From: an uncultured Planctomycetia bacterium
GTDB taxonomy: Bacteria; Omnitrophota; Gorgyraeia; 2-02-FULL-51-18
Direction: 5' to 3'
Assembly (NCBI GenBank): GCA_964431835.1
Contig: CAYSKO010000001.1
Span: 137,743 to 201,742 of the forward strand
DNA: 64,000 bases
This document shows, one piece after another, positions 18,290-28,113 of the stretch. Below the pieces are notes generated by a model. The model saw only the letters and a program-made list of their open reading frames with translations. It made no database searches and was not told the origin of the DNA. Each line of letters begins with the position of its first letter. The stretch's first letter is position 1. A program made the translations under genes and the position numbers.

Positions 18290-20575
18290 ATGAAAAGAAA
18301 TTCAGCTCTTTTTCTCTGTCTGGTCGTCGGTCTCCTTCACGCCCAGCTCGCTTGGGCCGTCGATCCCCGCGAGCTTCTCCTGCGCAGCAAGAAACATTTC
18401 CTCCAACAGGAAGGTCCCCGCGGCGGAGGCGAGTCCCCGGATCAGCTCGTCGCGAAGGAGGGGTCGAAGCAGGAGCTCATGGACAAACAAAACGCGCTTA
18501 CCACGCTCGCGCCCGAGCCCATTCAGGTCCGCGCGTCGAACGAGCTGACGCAGGCCGCGGTCGCGCCACCTAAGCAGCTCGGCTGGTCGGGTGGCAGCAC
18601 GTACCCTACGATTTATTACGACCCCGTGATCCGCGGTCGCGCGTACGCGCTCTCGGACTCGTCCGGTTTTTACCGTTCCGACGACGGCGGCGCGAACTGG
18701 TACGCTTCCAACAAAGGCATCCATAACCTCACGATTTCGTCCCTTACGGTCGCGCAAACCGACCGCAACGTCCTGTATGCCGGTTCCAATTCGGGTATCC
18801 ACCGCTCGACCGACGGCGGACGCAACTGGACCTATTTCGCGAATACCTCGAACATCACGTTCCGCCGGCTCCAGAGCTACCGCGCGATCGCGCTCAGCCC
18901 GACGAACCACTGGACCGCGTACGCGGGTTCGGGCATGGGCCAGGTTTACGAGAAGCGAAGCGGACAGACGAATTGGACGCAGATGGGCAGCCTGCATCCA
19001 GGGGTCGCGGTCAGCGCCGTGCACGTGGCGCGCAACGGCCGCATTTTCGCGGGCTCGGCGAACGGGCTTTTCCTTTGGAACGCCACGAACAGCACGTGGC
19101 AGAAGATCGCACTCGAATCGAACGTCGGGGCGTTCGACGTCGTTTCTCTTTGGGAGAACAACGTCGAGACGATTTTCGTGACGAACGGGCTCAAGGTGGC
19201 GCGTACGACGGACACCGGCACGCCGGCCCAGTGGACCTACACGGCCGCGATGCCGCGTTACGACGCTTCCTCGGCGGGCGAGGCGAGCCGCTTGGCGGTG
19301 CGCCGCACGGCCAACGGGCAGCTTCAGATGTTCGTGGGCCAGAAACGCAGCTGGCAGGGCAAGGTTTACATGACGACCGACTCCGGCGCCACGTGGCGCA
19401 GCATGAACACCGGCTTCGTGAACGACCCGGCGCAGAATCCGACGCGTGTCTGGAAAAAGAACGCGGGCGTTCCGGTCTCAGTGTCGTTCGATCCGTTCAA
19501 CGCGAACACGCTTTATTTCTCGGACGATTGGGGAATCTGGAAATCCACCGACAACGGCGTGACGTGGCGTGAGAGCGTGAAGGGGACGCCGAACACGATC
19601 GGCACTTCGCTCGCGTTCGACCCGCGCACCGGCACTTACCTCGTTGGCACGATGGACAACGGCCTCGTCGAGGTGAATCCGACGACCGGCGCGACGAAGG
19701 CGGTTTTCCCGAACGCCTCCACGCCCGCGCATTACCACGGACACGTGTGGCGCGTCGAAGTGGCGGCGAACGGCAACCGCGTCCTCACGGTCTCTCCGTG
19801 GAACGCCGCTCAGAGTTACGTCGTCGTCATCAAACCGGACGGGACCACTTCGTTCGCGACCGGACTGCCGACGTGGTTCCCTAAAGTGAACACGGTTTGG
19901 GAGAAGGGCTATCCGCGCGGATTCGTGAAGGATCCCACGAACGGAAACCGCTTCTACCTCGCGATCGACGGCGACGACGGCGGCGGCCTGTGGGTTTCGA
20001 ACGACGCGGGGCTCAGCTGGTCGCGTCTGGGGAATCCGTCCTCGAAGAGAATCTACAACGGTCTCGCGGTCGATCCGTCCTCGCCGAACGTCCTCTATTG
20101 GGGGACGATGTGGGCGAAGGAGGCAGGCGGCATCTTCCGGTCGACAAACTCCGGCGCCACGTGGTCGAAAGTTTTTTCCGGGAATCCGAACATCGCGGAC
20201 ATCGTCGTCGGTCCGACCGGCGTCGTTTACGCGGGGGGCGAGGCGGCAGGCGTGGCGACGGTCTACGTTTCGAGGGACCGCGGAACGACGTGGAGCGTCT
20301 TAAAGACTTTTGCGGGCCAGACGGGCGGCCCGGCGCAGGGTCTCGCCATCGACCCCGCGAATCCTCAGCGGATGGTCGTCAGCCAGCGCAAATGGAACGA
20401 TTTCACGGGTTCGAAGATCTGGCTCACGGAGGACGGCGGAGTGAACTGGCGCGAAGTGGCTACGGCGACCCTTCCGAACACCGCCGGCCACGTCGAGGCG
20501 CAGTTTTCGGCCGACGGCAATTCGCTCTTCGCCCTTCTCAACAACGGCACGCTCTACCACGTGCCGCTGGTCTAA
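18290..20575 (+). CDS. Secreted BNR/Asp-box beta-propeller protein, paralog 2
   Basis: Signal peptide; Asp-boxes; colinear with 9488-11761 (GWSGGSTYP, GTYLVGTMDNGLVE, NTVWEKGY shared). Confidence 0.8.
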   Translation: MKRNSALFLCLVVGLLHAQLAWAVDPRELLLRSKKHFLQQEGPRGGGESPDQLVAKEGSKQELMDKQNALTTLAPEPIQVRASNELTQAAVAPPKQLGWSGGSTYPTIYYDPVIRGRAYALSDSSGFYRSDDGGANWYASNKGIHNLTISSLTVAQTDRNVLYAGSNSGIHRSTDGGRNWTYFANTSNITFRRLQSYRAIALSPTNHWTAYAGSGMGQVYEKRSGQTNWTQMGSLHPGVAVSAVHVARNGRIFAGSANGLFLWNATNSTWQKIALESNVGAFDVVSLWENNVETIFVTNGLKVARTTDTGTPAQWTYTAAMPRYDASSAGEASRLAVRRTANGQLQMFVGQKRSWQGKVYMTTDSGATWRSMNTGFVNDPAQNPTRVWKKNAGVPVSVSFDPFNANTLYFSDDWGIWKSTDNGVTWRESVKGTPNTIGTSLAFDPRTGTYLVGTMDNGLVEVNPTTGATKAVFPNASTPAHYHGHVWRVEVAANGNRVLTVSPWNAAQSYVVVIKPDGTTSFATGLPTWFPKVNTVWEKGYPRGFVKDPTNGNRFYLAIDGDDGGGLWVSNDAGLSWSRLGNPSSKRIYNGLAVDPSSPNVLYWGTMWAKEAGGIFRSTNSGATWSKVFSGNPNIADIVVGPTGVVYAGGEAAGVATVYVSRDRGTTWSVLKTFAGQTGGPAQGLAIDPANPQRMVVSQRKWNDFTGSKIWLTEDGGVNWREVATATLPNTAGHVEAQFSADGNSLFALLNNGTLYHVPLV

Positions 20576-20588
20576 AACCGATGCGCCC

Positions 20589-21470
20589 TTACCGGCGCCG
20601 CGGCGCCTCGAAAATTTCGAAGAACTCTTTCGGCGGGGGCGAATCGAATTCGAGGCGTCGGCGCGTGGAGGGATGGGTGAAGGATAAGCGGGTCGCGTGG
20701 AGCGCCATCCGACCGATCGGGTCCGTCTCCGCACCGTACTTATGGTCACCGGCGATCGGGCAGCCGAGGTCCGAAAGATGCACGCGGATCTGGTTCTTCC
20801 GCCCGGTTTCGAGCGCGAGCTCAAGCAGGGAATACTTGCCGTTCGTCTCGTGGACGCGGTAGCGGGTCGCCGACCATTTCGCTCCGCGCTCGCGGGCGGC
20901 CGCGCTGTAGACGCGCTTGAACGCGTCTTCCATGAGCCAGCTTTCGATCGTTCCTTCCGCTTCCTCCGGCGCGCCTTCGGCGACCGCCGCGTAGCGCTTC
21001 TCCGTCTTCTCCCAATTCTCCTCTAAATATTCTTTCGATTCCGGATCCTTCGCAAAGAGAAGCAGACCCGACGTGTCGCGGTCCAGGCGGTGAACGATGA
21101 ACGCCCGCTTGCCGCTTTTGGCTCTCAGATACGCGGTCAGCTCGAAGTAAAGCGTGTGCTCGCGCTCGCGGTCGGTCGCCGTTGTGAGGAGGCCGGCCGG
21201 TTTATCGACCACGACCACCGCGTCGTCCTCGTGCACGATCTGCCATTTCAAACGTGTTTTCATGCGCTCCGCCGCGGCGTCCCCTTCGGACAGGAAATCG
21301 ACGACGTCGCCCCGTTTCAGTTCGTGACGGTGAAGCGTCACGACGTCGCCGTTGACGCGCACGGAGCCGTGTTCGAGGAGCGCCTTGACCTGCGTGCGCT
21401 TGAGCGGAGAAAGCCGGTCCAGCAGATAGTCCAGGAGCTTGGAAGGCGCGTCGACGCGCAGTGGTTTCAT
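20589..21470 (-). CDS. RluA-family pseudouridine synthase with S4 domain
   Basis: DKPAGL, HRLDRDTSG, TGRKNQIRVH, GDHKYG motifs. Confidence 0.92.
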   Translation of the reverse strand: MKPLRVDAPSKLLDYLLDRLSPLKRTQVKALLEHGSVRVNGDVVTLHRHELKRGDVVDFLSEGDAAAERMKTRLKWQIVHEDDAVVVVDKPAGLLTTATDREREHTLYFELTAYLRAKSGKRAFIVHRLDRDTSGLLLFAKDPESKEYLEENWEKTEKRYAAVAEGAPEEAEGTIESWLMEDAFKRVYSAAARERGAKWSATRYRVHETNGKYSLLELALETGRKNQIRVHLSDLGCPIAGDHKYGAETDPIGRMALHATRLSFTHPSTRRRLEFDSPPPKEFFEIFEAPRRR

Positions 21471-21547
21471 GCCGCTTATTATAGGCCCTGCGAGGACGTT
21501 TGTGGTACAATACGCCGTTCGTTAAACCAGGCCAAGAAACGAGCCGG

Positions 21548-21988
21548 ATGCTGCAGCCCAATCCCAAACTGATTCTCGTTACCGAAGACGACGAAGACGA
21601 TTATATTCTTCTTCGAGACGCTTTCCAGGAACACCATCCCGACATCCAACTCGCCTGGACGCGCGACGGGGAAGAGACTCTCGCTTACCTCGCGAGAGTC
21701 GCCGACGACCCGGCCCAGTCCCTCCCGTTCATCATCATTCTCGATCTCAACATGCCGAAAGTCGACGGCCGCGAGGTTTTGAGGGAGATCCGCGCCACCG
21801 AACGCTTGAAACACATCCCGGTCGTCGTCTTCACGAATTCAGGCAACTGGCGGGACGCGATGGACGCCTACCGGCTCGGCGTGAACTCCTTCGTCCGTAA
21901 GCCCGCGGGCTACCGCGAACAGGTCGAATTCGTGCAGTGCTTCTACAAATACTGGTTTCATTTCTCGAAACTCGTGGCTCCCGTTTAA
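21548..21988 (+). CDS. Single-domain response regulator (Rcp1-like)
   Basis: EDDEDD, LDLNMPKVDGREVL, IPVVVFTNS, NSFVRKP. Confidence 0.88.
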   Translation: MLQPNPKLILVTEDDEDDYILLRDAFQEHHPDIQLAWTRDGEETLAYLARVADDPAQSLPFIIILDLNMPKVDGREVLREIRATERLKHIPVVVFTNSGNWRDAMDAYRLGVNSFVRKPAGYREQVEFVQCFYKYWFHFSKLVAPV

Positions 21989-21989
21989 G

Positions 21990-22574
21990 ATGAAAAAGCG
22001 TCTTTCCTTTACGCTGGCCCTGTCCCTACTTTCAATCGTGGTCTCCGCGGCCGCAGTGGAACAGCCACGCGAATTCTCCGCTTCGATGTCCATGAAGGCC
22101 GTCGAAGGCGCGTACGAAGCACGGATATACGTCTCCGACAAGAAGACGCGCCTCGAGATGCCGCAGGCCACGATGATCGTGCGCATGGACCGCAACGTCT
22201 CCTACATGTTGATGCCCCAGGAGAAGATGTACATGGAACAGCCGGTCGATACGGGCACGGCCGCCCGCACCGGCGGCGAGATGCCCGGTGAGATCGAACG
22301 CCGTTCACTCGGCAAAGAAACCGTAAACGGCGTGGCCTCTGAAAAATTCCTTATCCGCTACGCCGCTCCGGGCGCGGGCGAGCAGTCGGTGTACCAATGG
22401 CTGGGCGAGCAGGGAATGCCGGTGAAGACCTCCGCGGTCGACGACACGTGGTCGGTCGAGTTCACGGACGTGAAGATCGGCCCTCAGTCCGAAGCGCTCT
22501 TTGAGCCGCCCTCGGACTACAAACGCTTCGAGATGCCGAACATGGCGGAGTTCATGAACTCCGCCGGGCAGTGA
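21990..22574 (+). CDS. Secreted DUF4412-like protein
   Basis: Signal peptide; LGKETVNG, LFEPPSDYK motifs. Confidence 0.65.
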   Translation: MKKRLSFTLALSLLSIVVSAAAVEQPREFSASMSMKAVEGAYEARIYVSDKKTRLEMPQATMIVRMDRNVSYMLMPQEKMYMEQPVDTGTAARTGGEMPGEIERRSLGKETVNGVASEKFLIRYAAPGAGEQSVYQWLGEQGMPVKTSAVDDTWSVEFTDVKIGPQSEALFEPPSDYKRFEMPNMAEFMNSAGQ

Positions 22575-22588
22575 AGCGACTTTCCCGC

Positions 22589-22643
22589 ATTAAAAAGGTT
22601 TAATCCAAATTTAATCGAAAGCTAACGGAAATACGCCTAGGAT
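22589..22643 (+). promoter_or_regulatory. Periodic TAA-box promoter, complete
   Basis: ATTAA-N6-TTAAT; TAA at 22591/22601/22612/22623; TAGGAT at 22638. Confidence 0.8.
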
Positions 22644-22690
22644 GAAATCGGGTCGACTCGTTTACGGTCTCGAACCGCAAGGAGGCACCG

Positions 22691-23203
22691 ATGGATTTCC
22701 GACGCATTTCCCCCCACCGCAAGACCGAACGCCAGTTCTACGTTCTCGCCCTCAGTAAAAGCCACGTCCGTCTTTTCGCCTGCGACATGCACGGCTTCCG
22801 CGAAATGGAGCTGGGCGGCGCCGTGCCCGAAGGCATGTCCGAGGCGATGAAATACACGGACGCGGAGAAGCAGTCCCAGTCACACACGCTCTCGTCGCGC
22901 CCCGGCCAAAGCCCGCAGGGGATGGGACACGGCCACGGCGTCGGACGGGACGACGAAAAGATGCGCGCGGAGGAGTATTTCCGTGAAGTCTCCGCCGGCG
23001 TGGCCGACATCCTGCGGGGCGACCGCTCGCCGATGGTCCTTGCGGCGGTGGAATACCTGGTTCCGATTTACCGGAAAGTGAACCGTTATGCGCACCTCCT
23101 GGACGAATTGATCCACGGGTCTCCGGACCGTCTTTCGGGGCGGGAACTTCACACGAAAGCGGTCGAGCTCATGAGGCACCAGATTATGAAAGACCGCTTT
23201 TAG
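22691..23203 (+). CDS. Stand-alone baeRF (bacterial aRF1/pelota-like) middle-domain protein
   Basis: FYVLALSK..VRLF, GHGHG, YFREV, PMVLAAVEYL.PIYR...Y..L...I.G.PD; AGGAGG SD. Confidence 0.65.
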   Translation: MDFRRISPHRKTERQFYVLALSKSHVRLFACDMHGFREMELGGAVPEGMSEAMKYTDAEKQSQSHTLSSRPGQSPQGMGHGHGVGRDDEKMRAEEYFREVSAGVADILRGDRSPMVLAAVEYLVPIYRKVNRYAHLLDELIHGSPDRLSGRELHTKAVELMRHQIMKDRF

Positions 23204-23258
23204 GATCGTCCTTGCGCTTTCGGCCCTCCGGCGCCTACAATCGGCGTCGGAGGGCCGT

Positions 23259-24545
23259 ATGAAGAAGGACGCGTTCGCACTCGTTTTCGCCGACGACAAG
23301 GGGAAGGTCTACGATTTTCCGGGCCTCGAAGCCACCGGCATGAAAGCGGGCCGATTTTTCGAGCTGAACGCGGCCACGCTCGTGCCGCTCCCGGAATCGA
23401 GCGAGCTTTTCCTTCTGCCGGGCCGTCTTCCGGTGGGCCGCGATCCCGAAACGGGCGCCTTCCGTACGCTCGAAGGCGATCCTTACTCCGCTGGATCCCC
23501 CTGTTCGGCGGTGGCCGCGTTCATCCCGCCCGGCTGGACTCTCGCGCACAGCGCGGCGTTCGCGGAAGTTCCGGGCGCCAAAGCGCTACCGCTCTTCGCA
23601 TACGGCGCCGTCGCGTTCCGTGACGGTCGTTTCTGGGTGTCCGCGGTGCGCGTGGACGAAGACGCCCGTCATGACGAGCGTCTGATTGATCCCTCCGCGG
23701 TGGCAAGCGGCATCGCGGGCCTCCGCGCGCTCTTTCCGAAAAACCGCCTCGTGCCTCATCTTGAGAACTGCGCGACCGTCAACGCCTGTGCGAACGCGAA
23801 GAATTTCTTCCTCGGCCGCTTCGAGGCTCCCGTGCCCACGTCTCCCGTCTGCAACGCCCAGTGCCAGGGGTGTATCTCTCTCCAGCCCGACGGCCGCGAT
23901 TTCCCCGCCACGCAGAAAAGAATTTCGTTCGTTCCCGATCCGGAGGAAATAGCCGAGCTCGCGCTCTTTCATATCGACCGCGAGTCCGCGCCGATCGTCA
24001 GCTTCGGCCAGGGATGCGAAGGGGAGCCGACGCTGGCGGCGGACACCATCGAGAAGGCGATCCGCCTCATCCGCCGCCGCACGTCGAAAGGCGCGATCAA
24101 CGTCAACACCAACGCCAGCCGCCCGGAGGCGCTCGCGCGCCTTTTCGACGCGGGCCTCACGAATGTTCGTGTGAGTCTGAACAGTGTGCGCGAGCCGTAC
24201 TACTCCCGCTACTACCAGCCGCGCGGTTACGACGTGACGCGGGTGGCTGAATCGGTGCGCGTGGCCAAGCGCGCCGGCGGTTTTGTGTCGCTCAATTACC
24301 TTTCGATGCCCGGCTTCACGGATTCGAAGCCCGAACACGAAGCGTTCCGCCGTTTCGTCGGGGAAAACGGCGTCGACATGGTGCAGTGGCGCAACCTGAA
24401 CTACGACCCCGTCCGCTATTTCCGTGAGCTCGGCCTCGAGGGCGCCGACGAAGAGCTTATCGGCGTTCCGGAGGCGCTCGAAAGCCTCCGCGACGCATTC
24501 CCGCATCTGCGCATGGGCTATTTCAATCCGGTTAAAAAAAATTAA
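23259..24545 (+). CDS. Radical SAM protein
   Basis: CNAQCQGC cluster motif; SFGQGCEGEP. Confidence 0.88.
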   Translation: MKKDAFALVFADDKGKVYDFPGLEATGMKAGRFFELNAATLVPLPESSELFLLPGRLPVGRDPETGAFRTLEGDPYSAGSPCSAVAAFIPPGWTLAHSAAFAEVPGAKALPLFAYGAVAFRDGRFWVSAVRVDEDARHDERLIDPSAVASGIAGLRALFPKNRLVPHLENCATVNACANAKNFFLGRFEAPVPTSPVCNAQCQGCISLQPDGRDFPATQKRISFVPDPEEIAELALFHIDRESAPIVSFGQGCEGEPTLAADTIEKAIRLIRRRTSKGAINVNTNASRPEALARLFDAGLTNVRVSLNSVREPYYSRYYQPRGYDVTRVAESVRVAKRAGGFVSLNYLSMPGFTDSKPEHEAFRRFVGENGVDMVQWRNLNYDPVRYFRELGLEGADEELIGVPEALESLRDAFPHLRMGYFNPVKKN

Positions 24546-24546
24546 T
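24531..24546 (+). promoter_or_regulatory. Partial TAA-box (inverted pair only)
   Basis: GTTAA-AAAAAA-TTAAT; the second TAA is the radical SAM stop codon. Confidence 0.45.
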
Positions 24547-24608
24547 ACGGCTTGAACGGCGCGAAACCTGCTGGCAAATCGCCGCGCGGTGCCCTACAAT
24601 AAGGGCGC

Positions 24609-26624
24609 ATGAACGATTCGAGCGACAAACGCTCCATGAGTTCCGTCCGGCGCCGCCCGCTGCGCGAGATCGCACCCGCGATCCTCGCGCTCCTCCTCTC
24701 TTTTTCCGCCGCGGTCTATCTCTGGGACACCGGCCGCAGCAACGCCGAGCGGCAGGTGCGCGAACGCTTCGAAACCCAGGTCAAGCAGATCGCGTTTCTC
24801 ATACTCCGCCGGTTCGAACTGTACGCGTATTCGTTGTACGGGACTCAAGGGCTCTTCGCCGCTGACGCCGACGGCGTCGATGCCGGCGAATGGGAAGCGT
24901 TCACGCGCACGGAGGATCTGCGCCGCCGGTATCCCGGCCTGACGGCGGTGCGCTACGCGGAAACCGCGGACGGAAAGATTTGGATCGTAAAATACGCGGA
25001 CCCCACGACGCTCGCGGGTTCGGCGCCGCCGCCGCGCGCGCTCGATGCGCTCGACCGCGCCGCCGCCGAAGGCCGTCCGGCCGCTTCGCGTCCGGTGCTG
25101 GAAGACGGCGACCAGGCGATCTCGCTCGTCCTGCCGGTATACGCCGCCGCCACCGAAACCGGCGCCGCTCCCAAAGGTTTCGTCGAGGCGGCGCTCCGTC
25201 TGCGGGAGCTGCTCCAAGCCACTTTCCTCGGAGTGGGCATGTCGCCCGATTTACGCCTCCGGATCCACGACGGTCCGCCCGATCCCGTGAATCTCGTGTA
25301 CGACACGCACGCCGGAAAAGCAACCGAGCCGCTGGGCGAGCGCTTCACGGCGGTGATCCCGATGGAGGTCGCCGGCCGTCCGTGGACGCTCGAATTCGCG
25401 GCGCTGAACGCGTATTTTCCGGCCGCCGAACGGCGTCTGCCTCTTTTTTACCTGGCAGGTGGGATGCTCATCGGAATTCTGTTCTCCGGAATCGTCTGGG
25501 CACTTTCGACTTCGCGGTCGAAGGCGGTCGCTTTCGCCGAACGGATGACCGAGGATTTGACGCGCGAGATCGCCGAACGCCGCCTCGCCGACGAACGCCT
25601 GCAGAAAGTGGTCGTCGATCTCGAGCGGAGGAACCGGGAGCAGTCACTTCTAGGAGAGCTCGGAGAGCTTCTCCAGAGCGCTTCCCGTCCGGAAGAGGCG
25701 TATCCGATCATCGGGCGCTTTGCGGCCGAGCTTTTCCCTGGCACGAAAGGAACATTGCACCTCATGAACTCCTCGAGGAGCCTCGTCGAAAACGTCACCC
25801 AGTGGGGAGACGCATTGCGCGCAGAACGCGTATTCGGCCCGGAGGACTGCTGGGCGCTCAAGCGCGGCCGAATGCATGCTTCCACGCCGGGGGACGCGGA
25901 ACCCGTCTGCAGGCACCTGGGTACGAATCCGCCGGAGAACGGCTATCTCTGCGTTCCGATGATGGCGCACGGGGAAGGGTTGGGAATCCTATACGTGGAG
26001 CTTCTTCCCGCGGCGCTCCGCCGCGATGTTCCGCCGCCGCGACCGGAGATCGCGGTCGCCGTGGCCGAGCAGTCCGCGCTCGCACTCGCGAACCTGCGTC
26101 TTCGCGAAGCGCTGCGCAACCAGTCGATCCGCGACAAGGTGACCGGCCTTTTCAACCGCCATTACATGGAAGAATCTCTCGAGCGCGAACTCGCGCGCGT
26201 CACGCGCGGGAAGGAGCCGCTCGGCATCCTTCTACTGGACATCGATTATTTCAAGAAATTCAACGACCTCTACGGCCACGACGTGGGGGACGAGCTTCTC
26301 TCGGCGGTGGGTAAATTCCTTTCGGGTCGTTTCCGTGGTTCGGATATCCCGTGCCGTTTCGGCGGCGAAGAGTTCGTCGTGATCCTGCCCGGGGCGACGG
26401 TCGCCGAAGCCACCGTGATCGCCGAGGCGGTGCGCGCCGGCGCGACGTCCGTGAAAGTGCATGCCGGGGACCGCATCGAAGGCGTCACTTTCTCCATCGG
26501 CGTATCCGCGTTTCCTGAACACGGGACGGCGGCGGAAACGCTCCTCAAGAGCGCCGATATGGCGCTCTATCAAGCCAAACACGACGGCCGCGACCGCGTA
26601 CGCATCGGCCAGCCCGTCGTATAA
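24609..26624 (+). CDS. Membrane diguanylate cyclase (CHASE-GAF-GGDEF)
   Basis: Two TM segments flanking a CHASE-like region; GAF; RGSD I-site and GGEEF active site. Confidence 0.9.
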   Translation: MNDSSDKRSMSSVRRRPLREIAPAILALLLSFSAAVYLWDTGRSNAERQVRERFETQVKQIAFLILRRFELYAYSLYGTQGLFAADADGVDAGEWEAFTRTEDLRRRYPGLTAVRYAETADGKIWIVKYADPTTLAGSAPPPRALDALDRAAAEGRPAASRPVLEDGDQAISLVLPVYAAATETGAAPKGFVEAALRLRELLQATFLGVGMSPDLRLRIHDGPPDPVNLVYDTHAGKATEPLGERFTAVIPMEVAGRPWTLEFAALNAYFPAAERRLPLFYLAGGMLIGILFSGIVWALSTSRSKAVAFAERMTEDLTREIAERRLADERLQKVVVDLERRNREQSLLGELGELLQSASRPEEAYPIIGRFAAELFPGTKGTLHLMNSSRSLVENVTQWGDALRAERVFGPEDCWALKRGRMHASTPGDAEPVCRHLGTNPPENGYLCVPMMAHGEGLGILYVELLPAALRRDVPPPRPEIAVAVAEQSALALANLRLREALRNQSIRDKVTGLFNRHYMEESLERELARVTRGKEPLGILLLDIDYFKKFNDLYGHDVGDELLSAVGKFLSGRFRGSDIPCRFGGEEFVVILPGATVAEATVIAEAVRAGATSVKVHAGDRIEGVTFSIGVSAFPEHGTAAETLLKSADMALYQAKHDGRDRVRIGQPVV

Positions 26625-26627
26625 TCC

Positions 26628-26682
26628 GTTAGAAAAAATTAATATTTTTCTAACTCCTCGCTAATCCGCGGACGCTTAGAAT
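26628..26682 (+). promoter_or_regulatory. Periodic TAA-box promoter, complete
   Basis: GTTAG-N6-TTAAT; TA at 26630/26640/26651/26662; TAGAAT at 26677. Confidence 0.8.
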
Positions 26683-26729
26683 CAATTCATAGTCCGGTGG
26701 AGCCCTTAAAAAACAAAGCGAGGTCCCGA

Positions 26730-27101
26730 ATGCAAGCCCTTCATTCCGCGAACGCGCTCATGCGACGCTGCATCGCCAATTGTCTAAACGGGCACCAGAT
26801 ATGCCTCGAGACCGTAGATTATCTCCTTCAAAGGGGGGTTCGCCGGGGAGACGCAGCTTTTCTCAAGCTTTTGGAGGATTGCGCAGAAATTTGCGAGTTG
26901 AACGCGGATTTCCTGAGCCGCGACTCCGTGCTCCGGCGCGAGACAAGCGCTCTTTGCGCAAAGGTGTGCGCCGAAGTGGCCGCGGAATGCGACCGCGCCC
27001 AGGACGGGCAAATTCGTGCGCTCGCGGACGCCTGCCGGAGCTGCGTCGACTCGTGTCACGAGATGGCCGAGGCGACCGCGGACGAAACCGTGAACGCCTA
27101 G
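26730..27101 (+). CDS. Four-helix-bundle Cys-rich copper-storage protein (DUF326/Csp3-like)
   Basis: Repeated CxxxC/CxxC motifs (CIANC, DCAEIC, LCAKVC..C, CRSCVDSC). Confidence 0.8.
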   Translation: MQALHSANALMRRCIANCLNGHQICLETVDYLLQRGVRRGDAAFLKLLEDCAEICELNADFLSRDSVLRRETSALCAKVCAEVAAECDRAQDGQIRALADACRSCVDSCHEMAEATADETVNA

Positions 27102-28060
27102 CGGTAGATGGCGCCGGCGAAAGAAACGACGCCGCCGCGCGGATCGTCAGCTTGGCCGTAAGCCAGAAGTTCCGCTTTTGCCTCGGGGGCCATGTCCTTC
27201 AAGAGTCGTACGGCTGTATAAACGGCCGAAAGGCCGCAGACTTTCCTCCAGCCGCCGCCCTTGATCGTCGAGAGGTAAAACGCGTCGGCGTTTCCGCCCA
27301 ACGCGTGCGTGATCGACACACGGTCTTCCTGTTCGATTTTTTTCCGCGTCGCGGCGTCCGGCGCGCGCTCGTCCCCAAAGCAAAGACCCACGTGCGCGAA
27401 ATCCACCCCTCCCAATACGAGCACCTTCTTTCCCGAATCCCGAAGGCGTTTCAGGATCTTCCCGGTCTTCACGAGCGTTCGTTCCAGTAGGCGCACGCGC
27501 GAGGGTGCCCGGCCGCCTCCGTAAGCCTCGAACGAGGAGCAGAGGATGGGAACCCACGGCGGCGTGCGCTCGCCCCAAAGATGGCGCAGCCACACGGCCT
27601 GAAATTCGAGCGAATGCTCCTCGAGGTGCGTCCATTCGTCGGCGAGCGGGTCGTAATCGAGGCCGGAGACGAGTTCTTCGTAGAGCGGCTCGTCGAGCGC
27701 GAGGTCGCCGAGCGGTGTGCGGTACGTTTTTCTGGAAAATGCCCAAGGAGAGGGCGGCGAAACGTGGGCGACGCCCAGCGCGACGATCGTGTCGGGCGGC
27801 GGGCATTCGGCCAGCGCGCGGTAGGCGTGCGCGTACGCGGTCCCGCCCCGGACGAAATCGATGTGCGGCGCCAAAAGACCGAGCGCCGGTTCGGGCCGGG
27901 ACGGCCGAGCGGGCAAGGGCGATCCGGGCCCGTCGGGATGAAGCAAGAATTTCGTAAGGAATGGGACGAGCGCGCGTTCGGCCGCGGGGTAACATGCATC
28001 CGCAAGCGCCGGCTCTCGGACGTCGGAACGACGGCTGGGCGGGCGGGAAGGTGCTTCCAT
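27098..28060 (-). CDS. MEMO1 / AmmeMemoRadiSam protein B family
   Basis: APHID, GVAH, HLEEHSLEFQ, DFAHVG, VCGL motifs. Confidence 0.85.
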   Translation of the reverse strand: MEAPSRPPSRRSDVREPALADACYPAAERALVPFLTKFLLHPDGPGSPLPARPSRPEPALGLLAPHIDFVRGGTAYAHAYRALAECPPPDTIVALGVAHVSPPSPWAFSRKTYRTPLGDLALDEPLYEELVSGLDYDPLADEWTHLEEHSLEFQAVWLRHLWGERTPPWVPILCSSFEAYGGGRAPSRVRLLERTLVKTGKILKRLRDSGKKVLVLGGVDFAHVGLCFGDERAPDAATRKKIEQEDRVSITHALGGNADAFYLSTIKGGGWRKVCGLSAVYTAVRLLKDMAPEAKAELLAYGQADDPRGGVVSFAGAIYR

Positions 28061-28113
28061 GCGGTTATTTTAACATGAAACGCGGAGTCTGATCGGCTAC
28101 AATACCGCACGAG

